Below are positions 57,642 through 64,000 of a DNA stretch of 64,000 nucleotides, in pieces. The DNA lies in IMG/VR virus record IMGVR_UViG_3300046513_000348, positions 154,661-218,660 of that record, one strand, 5' to 3'. Position 1 is the stretch's first letter, and every line of letters starts with the position of its first letter. Below the pieces are notes generated by a model. That model saw only the letters and a list, made by a program, of their open reading frames with translations, was not told the DNA's origin and did not search any database. A program made the position numbers and the translations under genes.

Positions 57642-58990
57642 AGACGCCTCAGGTTATAACGGATCAGCATCAGGACGATCGGGAAGTAGTAGAATTTCTC
57701 CACCGGTCCCCAGTCGTAACTGTCTTCGCAAAGTTGCAAAACATTGGTTGCATCGATAATTTTAAAGTCGAGGTAATCGAGAGTGAGTTTCTCGAGCATC
57801 GACAGGCCCGTATTGTCACGGGTATAGAAGGCTTTGGAGAGCACATAGCTTTCAGCCATGTCAACGGGCTTGATAAGGGGCATCAAGCCCACCTGGCCCT
57901 CTTGAGGAGGTTCTGGAGGTACGTACGCAGGCATTGTGGACTTGATGTTGTCGTCCATCACGCATTTCTCGTATTCACGACCGTAATGGAAGTCCACTCC
58001 GCGTTTTGCATCGAGCGGATACACGATTCGTTCAATGCCGGTGTAGCGCATTCCTGCCATCAGGGCCGAGCGATGGAAGGCTTTACGGCCAACCAGACCC
58101 GTCTTGGTGTAGATGAACTTCATCAGTTTCGGATCACGGCGATCGAGCATGGTCCACAGACTCGGCGAAGTGATCGTGCCATCGTCGCCAATGTTCAGTT
58201 GACGGATAGCAGTAATGTGAACGTCGTCGAACGAGTTCATGATTGCCTTCACGAAATCGGTCAGGCCATGATCGTACGTGTAACCACTTTGTTCAGGAAC
58301 AACGATGGTCGACGTCTCACGGCTGAAGTACTGAGTGAAGTACAGATGGATCATGTCGTAGTAGAACACCTCCAGCTTCTTGCTAGCGTGGTAGGTTGCT
58401 TCTTCGAGAACCGGATTCTGCAGGTTCAGCAGGAAGTCCTTGACGAAGTAGTACGTAGCGATGGTCTTGTGTTCCAGATCCCAGACACGAGTCGGATCGT
58501 TCGCACCAACAAGCTGATACTCGATGACGTGAACGGTCTCGGCGCTCATCTGGCGGCGTTCGACGCGGGTGACCTTGAAGATACCTTCGCGGCCATCCAG
58601 GATACCGGCACGGAACATGTCGCCGACCTGAGGAATCAGGAACGGGTACACATTGGCGGAACCTTGCAGGACCAATTCCTGATTGGTATTGTCAGGCTGC
58701 GATACCTGACTCAAGTCTTGTACGACTTTCAGTTCCATGGACCAGATGCGCTTGTACTGACGCAGTGGTGCTGGAGCGGAAGTGTCTTGACCATTCAGCT
58801 CGTCGTTGGTGTCGAGTACTTGCGAGTAGTAGTCAACAATCCAACTGGAGCCTTCGATGTATGCGATCTGATCGGATTGCGGTTGGTAGCGCGTATCGAT
58901 CACCGCGGTCTTAATGGTGGGTTTGAAGGCCTGCACGACGTCCTGTACGGGATTAGTCGGCGCGGCTTCAGTGTCTTCGTAAAGCGGCAT
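57638..58990 (-). CDS. Virion structural protein (phiKZ gp99-like)
   Basis: IEGSSWIVDYYSQ, P.VGDMF.A...DGR.G.F.VT and FYY.PI motifs. Confidence 0.7.
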   Translation of the reverse strand: MPLYEDTEAAPTNPVQDVVQAFKPTIKTAVIDTRYQPQSDQIAYIEGSSWIVDYYSQVLDTNDELNGQDTSAPAPLRQYKRIWSMELKVVQDLSQVSQPDNTNQELVLQGSANVYPFLIPQVGDMFRAGILDGREGIFKVTRVERRQMSAETVHVIEYQLVGANDPTRVWDLEHKTIATYYFVKDFLLNLQNPVLEEATYHASKKLEVFYYDMIHLYFTQYFSRETSTIVVPEQSGYTYDHGLTDFVKAIMNSFDDVHITAIRQLNIGDDGTITSPSLWTMLDRRDPKLMKFIYTKTGLVGRKAFHRSALMAGMRYTGIERIVYPLDAKRGVDFHYGREYEKCVMDDNIKSTMPAYVPPEPPQEGQVGLMPLIKPVDMAESYVLSKAFYTRDNTGLSMLEKLTLDYLDFKIIDATNVLQLCEDSYDWGPVEKFYYFPIVLMLIRYNLRRL

Positions 58991-58999
58991 GTAAACCTC

Positions 59000-60550
59000 T
59001 TAGGGCTTCAGGTTGTAAACAGCATTCATTTTGGTATTCTGTACCGTGCGCAGACTGGAGATCTGACGGCGGCCAGATTGCCAGTTGACGATATTGTCAA
59101 ACGTAGGTTCAGTGACGCGACCACGAACTACTTCGTAATTCGGGATCAAGGCACCGGCAGGCGTTACGTACTGCAACACGTTATCCAGCACGTCGGGATT
59201 GTTACGCAGATCGAGCTGCGCTTGTTCCGACAGCAGACCGATATTCTTCGCGATCGACAGACGGATATGGTAGTACTTGCGCTTATTCAGAGGACGAGTG
59301 CTCCGGACGTTTAAGTTCTCATCCAGTTCGAGCCACGAACCGTCCATGAGATTGCGTCCCATGTACAGACTCAACTGGAAAGCACACTCGCGCGGGATCG
59401 TCGTCTTCTCGTGATACTTACTCATGAAGGCCTTGACGACGTCGTTGAGACGGAAGCCGTACTGCGGACCTTCGAGATCATTGATGTTCATCAGGAGATT
59501 TGGATCCGGATCATCGACTTTATCCGAGACCAACACAAGCGTCGTAAAGACGCGCATGCTGTTATCGGCGATGTTACGCGGCATGAACTCGTCATACAGC
59601 GGGAAGTAGCGACCAGGGAAGTTGACATCCACCTTACCAGCATCACGAATGGAAGCGATGTTGGCCAGCGTACCGATCGATTTGGTCATCGATTGCTGCG
59701 TGTCTTGCAGACGAGTCATCCCCGTCTTGCCACGGTATCTCGAGCTCAGGACGGAATTGTGGATGACGATCGGGTAGGAGAAGTAAACATCCTTCGGCTT
59801 CTCATAACGGATCACGTAGGGGATTTCAATCTCCCACACGTCCGTATCGTCTTTCTTACCGCCGAAGTCAGGCAGGTCAGGGAATTCGAAGAAACCCATG
59901 ACACGACTCTGCGTTTCCGACCAGACGTTGTAACTGTTCTTGCCCGCCTGGTCCGTGAGAGCTCCCCAGCGAGGATTGATCCACTTCGTCAGGAACATCT
60001 CGAAGTCATCGCCATATCCTTCCTTCAGTTCAGTCAGGCGATGGATCTCCTGCAAGATCGCCATGAAGACTTCAGGCATGCCGTAGGAGTATTTGAGTTC
60101 ATGCAGCCACATGTCTTCACGCTTTGGTACCTTCATTGCCATGAGGTCGTAGAAGCGCCGTGCATCGGTTTTGCCCTTGGCACGATAGACGATGTTGATA
60201 CGCATCTCCATACTGACATAAATGGGACGCATTTCCAGTTCCAGATCTTTGTTCAGGAACAGAGGGATGTGTTCGGGCTGATTGGTTTGTGCGGAAGGCA
60301 GCCAATCTTTCACTTCCTGTTCCGTCACCTCGATGGTGAGTTTGTCGGTACTGGGAAGGCGGTTATCTTCGTAAGGGTTCGAGATCAAGCCTTTCGGCTG
60401 TGCGATCGCTTCAGTGTAACCAGGGAAGTTGATCTGGATTGTCGATGGCAATCCCAAGCGGTCAACCAGGATCTCCTGAATTACGCCAAGAGCGATGGGA
60501 CGCACGACCAGCTGATCGGATTCTGGTATCGGTCGTTCGAGCTTCGGCAT
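59000..60550 (-). CDS. Virion structural protein (phiKZ gp98-like)
   Basis: RP.A..V, H.L.Y.Y..P, E.Q..V.G.F and Y.KP....YP.VIHN motifs. Confidence 0.65.
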   Translation of the reverse strand: MPKLERPIPESDQLVVRPIALGVIQEILVDRLGLPSTIQINFPGYTEAIAQPKGLISNPYEDNRLPSTDKLTIEVTEQEVKDWLPSAQTNQPEHIPLFLNKDLELEMRPIYVSMEMRINIVYRAKGKTDARRFYDLMAMKVPKREDMWLHELKYSYGMPEVFMAILQEIHRLTELKEGYGDDFEMFLTKWINPRWGALTDQAGKNSYNVWSETQSRVMGFFEFPDLPDFGGKKDDTDVWEIEIPYVIRYEKPKDVYFSYPIVIHNSVLSSRYRGKTGMTRLQDTQQSMTKSIGTLANIASIRDAGKVDVNFPGRYFPLYDEFMPRNIADNSMRVFTTLVLVSDKVDDPDPNLLMNINDLEGPQYGFRLNDVVKAFMSKYHEKTTIPRECAFQLSLYMGRNLMDGSWLELDENLNVRSTRPLNKRKYYHIRLSIAKNIGLLSEQAQLDLRNNPDVLDNVLQYVTPAGALIPNYEVVRGRVTEPTFDNIVNWQSGRRQISSLRTVQNTKMNAVYNLKP

Positions 60551-60602
60551 AGTGTATCCATGGGTCGGTTAGGTTTCAAGTCAAAAGATCGAGCAAAAAC
60601 AA

Positions 60603-60634
60603 CATACCACCGTCCCTCACGGGACGGTGGTATG
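60603..60634. terminator. Perfect hairpin terminator
   Basis: CATACCACCGTCCC-TCAC-GGGACGGTGGTATG. Confidence 0.8.
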
Positions 60635-60641
60635 CTTGGAC

Positions 60642-60962
60642 TTAGTCGTCGATTGCGCGGCCGGACTTGTGCTGCATGCGATGCTTCAGGTCACGGTTGG
60701 CCAGAGACGTCGCGCCTTTGGCATGACCCAGAGCCGTCTTGCCCGCATCCTTGGCATGATCGGCCAGAACAGAACCGACTTCTTTTGCTGCGTGGTAAGC
60801 GCTGCTCACGACGTTGCTGGCGTGACCGCCGACGGCCTTGGCTGCATGACCTGCTGCATGGTAGACGTGGCCAGCGGCAGCTTTCGTATGCTCGCCAGCT
60901 CCGCCCCACGAGTTCAGGGAAGCCTGTACCCGCGGACCCTTCACTTTGTTTTCGAAACCCAC
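60642..60962 (-). CDS. Small His/Ala/Gly-rich amphipathic repeat protein
   Basis: GTG start after AAGGAG; repeated HA units (HAAGHAAKAVGGHAS..YHAAK..DHAK..GHAK). Confidence 0.6.
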   Translation of the reverse strand: MGFENKVKGPRVQASLNSWGGAGEHTKAAAGHVYHAAGHAAKAVGGHASNVVSSAYHAAKEVGSVLADHAKDAGKTALGHAKGATSLANRDLKHRMQHKSGRAIDD

Positions 60963-60972
60963 GGGGTTCTCC

Positions 60973-62367
60973 TTAACGACGGTTTTTCTTGGCTTCCTGG
61001 ATCGTGCGCTGACGACGTACGATATCGTCTTCGCGCTGATCGCGCTTCGGTTCTTCTTCGGCTTTCAGTTCGACATGATTGCCGTTGCGGCGATTGAATG
61101 CCATGACGTACGCTGCCAGGTTTTCGATGGCCGTGATGACGCCTTCGACGTGGCCGTAGTAGAACACAGCAGGTTGATCCATGACTTTCTTGAAGTACTT
61201 GAGGTAGTACGTCATTTCGTCACGTTCGGCTTTCTTCTCTTTCGAGGAGAACAGGCCGACGCCTTTCTTTTTGATCAGCGCTTCGAACTCTTTCAGGAAA
61301 CGCTCTTTGGCGCTCTGGAAGGTTTTCAGTTCGTCGGTCTTGGTCATCAAGAACTTGTTCAGCGACTTCATCATTTCCAGCAACTTGTCGCCATTGGCGA
61401 AGTCGCCTTCCAGAACACGGAACTTGTCCAGGTCCGGAGTACGGCCAACGGCTGCAGTACCGATAGTCAAGCCATCGGCCCAGGCGATACTGGCACGCAG
61501 ATAGTCGCGTTCATCGCTGCTGCTGGTAGGCATACGAACTGGCGGGACGACGATGTAGATATACTCGCCACCACCGAACTCCATCGAAGCGAAGACCTTG
61601 GCGTCCTTGTCGCGGGCCACCTGCTTCTTCAGTTCATCGTTCTGTGCCGCATGGAACGGGACTTCGTAATGCTGGGAGTCAGGCTTGGCGCCGTTCATCA
61701 CCTGCATTGCACGGGCAACGTTCTTCGGTTGCAGCTGGAAGACACGAGCGAGTTCGCCCATGTATTGGTTCAGCTGTTCCTGGTTCATCAGGCCCTTGGA
61801 AGTGACCAGTTTCTTCAGCACGCCAGGACGATCCAGCGTAACTTTGGTAAACCAGCCGTCGGCATCGCGAGGGAATGGAGCAGCTTTCTTCTCCTCCTCG
61901 GTCATCTCCTTGACCTTCTCCTTGACTTCTTCAGCCTCGGCAGTCAGCTTAGCGGCCGTTTCTTCGTGATCCTTGCCACGACCAAACAGGCGCTTGATCA
62001 GTCCCCACATCCATTCGAACGCTTTCTTGATTGCGTTGATGATGGACAGGAAGACGTTCTTGATACCTTCGCCGATGCTCTCCAGCGTAGCGTGGGAGAT
62101 ATCGTAGTTACGACCGAACGATTCGTTCGACGGCACGATGCTCTTGGAAGGCTTGCCGATGCGCGCCAGCTTCAGGAAGCATTCGACAGATTGCTCTGCC
62201 AGCTTCAGACTGGTTGCATCCAGATTCGAATTTTCGTCGGTCAGGATATCCTGGGTTTGCATGATCGATTCCATGCCCTGGATTGCCGTGTCGACTTGTT
62301 GGCTGTCGTTTTGATACGATTGGAGATCCAGTTCCAGATCGTCGTTATATCGCAAAGATTGGCTCAT
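60973..62367 (-). CDS. Internal head protein (phiKZ gp93-97 family paralog)
   Basis: Acidic propeptide with GME/SVE/SNE/TLE protease motifs, then II.AIKK..EW...L amphipathic helix. Confidence 0.8.
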   Translation of the reverse strand: MSQSLRYNDDLELDLQSYQNDSQQVDTAIQGMESIMQTQDILTDENSNLDATSLKLAEQSVECFLKLARIGKPSKSIVPSNESFGRNYDISHATLESIGEGIKNVFLSIINAIKKAFEWMWGLIKRLFGRGKDHEETAAKLTAEAEEVKEKVKEMTEEEKKAAPFPRDADGWFTKVTLDRPGVLKKLVTSKGLMNQEQLNQYMGELARVFQLQPKNVARAMQVMNGAKPDSQHYEVPFHAAQNDELKKQVARDKDAKVFASMEFGGGEYIYIVVPPVRMPTSSSDERDYLRASIAWADGLTIGTAAVGRTPDLDKFRVLEGDFANGDKLLEMMKSLNKFLMTKTDELKTFQSAKERFLKEFEALIKKKGVGLFSSKEKKAERDEMTYYLKYFKKVMDQPAVFYYGHVEGVITAIENLAAYVMAFNRRNGNHVELKAEEEPKRDQREDDIVRRQRTIQEAKKNRR

Positions 62368-62471
62368 TGTTCTAATTCCTTAAATATGCGTCATAAGAGC
62401 ACGGCCCAGGAGCCCGAAGGCTCCCGGGTCGCGTCTTACTCAGGCATCAACCTGTACGGCCGGAAGGAGGA

Positions 62472-63791
62472 TTAGTCCTTCTTTTCGTACTGGCGGGCCG
62501 ACAGTTCTGCGTACTGCAGGACCGCCGACATCGCGCGGATCGAGTGCGAAGCGAACGAAGCTGCCGGCTCGTCCATCAGCTTGCGGAAGATGGTGGCGGT
62601 TGCCTTGGCCTTCTTCTCGGCATCGCCTTTCGAGTCGTCGGCGTTCTTGCCTTCGCCCTTGCCCAGGAACTTCTCGAGCTTGCCGATGAACTTCGTTTTG
62701 TTGTTGTTCACTTCGGTCAGGCCGCGCTTGTACTCGGACACTTCGCCGGCGAACTTCTCGACTGCTTCCGCGAAGCCGCGGATCTCGTCGATGCCCAGGA
62801 CCTTCAGGTTCTTGCCCTCGTCCTTCTTGTCGGCGACGTTCACCGAACCAGCACGCACCTTGTTGGCTGCGTCTTGCGCGTCCTTGGCCGAGGCGCCGGC
62901 GCCGGATTTTGCCACGGTCAGGTAGACGACGCTTTCACCCGGGAAACGGCTGGTCTGGTAGACCTGGACGTCGCTTTCGGCGGTCACGCGCTTGGCGATG
63001 GCTGCATCGGCGTTCTTCATGCCGTAGCCGACCGGTGCCGGTTGCGGCGGCGTCGAGGTGCCGGTCAGTTCCATCTTCGCGAATTCGTCGGTCAGCTTCT
63101 TCTGCTCAGCGAAGATCTTCTTCGCTTCGCCCGACAGGCCCTGGATGTCGGAGACCTTGACCGGCTGGCCGTTGACGCGAACCGCGTTGTACAGGCTGTC
63201 GTTCTCGAGGTTGCCGTCTTCCGGCTGGCCGGTCAGCGAGGTGGTCGAGTCCTTCAGCGCTTTAGCGCGGCGTTCCAGGCGTTCGGCGGCGCCGAAGATC
63301 TTGTTGAAGAAGTTGCGGACCCATTCGATCGACTTCTTGATCGCGTCGACGATCGATTGCCAGATCTTCTTGGCCGAGACGTCCAGGGCTTCGACGGTTG
63401 CCTTGCCCAGGGCGATGCGGTTCGAGCGGACCGAGAACGATTCCGACGACGGGATGCCCAGCTGCTTGTACTTGACGCCGATGCGGGCGACTTTCAGCAG
63501 CGATTCGACCGATGCTTCGACGATGGCGGCGGTGTTCTCGTCGATGCCTTCGCCTTCGTTGGCGGCGGAGACTTGCTCGGCGATGGTTTCCAGGCCGTCA
63601 GCTGCAACAGCGGCTGCGTCGATCTGGTCGTTGCCGGCTGCCAGGGCGGCTTCGTCCGAGTTGATTTCGCTGACCGCAGCGGCCAGGGTATCGGTTTCGT
63701 CCGGAGCGATTGCGTCAGCGCCGTTCATGTTGGCGGTTGCATCGAAGTTTTCGTTCGAGTGCAGGATACCGGAGATAGGGAGGAAAGACAT
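62472..63791 (-). CDS. Internal head protein (phiKZ gp93-97 family paralog)
   Basis: SNE/GLE/ANE/SVE/SSE motifs and IW..IV.AIKK..EW..FF.K helix; strong codon bias. Confidence 0.85.
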   Translation of the reverse strand: MSFLPISGILHSNENFDATANMNGADAIAPDETDTLAAAVSEINSDEAALAAGNDQIDAAAVAADGLETIAEQVSAANEGEGIDENTAAIVEASVESLLKVARIGVKYKQLGIPSSESFSVRSNRIALGKATVEALDVSAKKIWQSIVDAIKKSIEWVRNFFNKIFGAAERLERRAKALKDSTTSLTGQPEDGNLENDSLYNAVRVNGQPVKVSDIQGLSGEAKKIFAEQKKLTDEFAKMELTGTSTPPQPAPVGYGMKNADAAIAKRVTAESDVQVYQTSRFPGESVVYLTVAKSGAGASAKDAQDAANKVRAGSVNVADKKDEGKNLKVLGIDEIRGFAEAVEKFAGEVSEYKRGLTEVNNNKTKFIGKLEKFLGKGEGKNADDSKGDAEKKAKATATIFRKLMDEPAASFASHSIRAMSAVLQYAELSARQYEKKD

Positions 63792-63926
63792 GGGAATTAC
63801 TCCATTGCAATGAAGGTTACTAAGAGGCCCTTAGTTGAAACACCCTACTATTCGTAGGATACTGGAAACCGTGCGGTTCTAAACTATAAGGGAAAAATCG
63901 CACGGTTGTGATTCTCTACCAACTGA

Positions 63927-64000
63927 TTAGGAACCGAACAGAACGCGCAGTGTGAACAGCATGTCGGAGATGCCGTCGCGTTGACCCAGCCAGGAGCGGA
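63927..64000 (-). CDS. 3' end of an upstream (probably head-associated) gene, truncated by the window
   Basis: Frame reads RSWLGQRDGISDMLFTLRVLFGS*. Confidence 0.5.
   Translation of the reverse strand, partial: RSWLGQRDGISDMLFTLRVLFGS

Overview
A 64-kb segment of a phiKZ-like (Chimalliviridae-type) jumbo phage genome, densely coding and mostly on the minus strand. The assignment rests on protein family recognition plus the conserved block DnaB-like helicase / small ORF / major capsid protein / ORF / non-virion RNA polymerase beta-N subunit. A putative portal, internal-head-protein paralogs with S/A/G-x-E cleavage motifs and baseplate/tail-fiber genes support it. Accessory genes include an NAD-dependent DNA ligase, class I ribonucleotide reductase (alpha with a Gln-terminated mini-intein, beta, NrdH-like redoxin), thymidylate synthase, a Nudix-like hydrolase, two HAD-like proteins, a DEDD exonuclease and a free-standing HNH endonuclease. 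No tRNA, rRNA or CRISPR array was seen. The most unusual observations are: (1) a tandem array of five genes carrying six predicted winged-helix domains next to the helicase; (2) a candidate ~90-nt early small RNA with an anti-Shine-Dalgarno-like CCUCCC loop, plus related structured early leaders; (3) a strongly codon-biased orphan gene whose 5' and 3' UTRs are complementary and would sequester its own ribosome-binding site; (4) a recurrent hairpin+TATG architecture and a TTTTACAATG motif that can directly supply start codons. All annotations come from reading the sequence; no searches were run.
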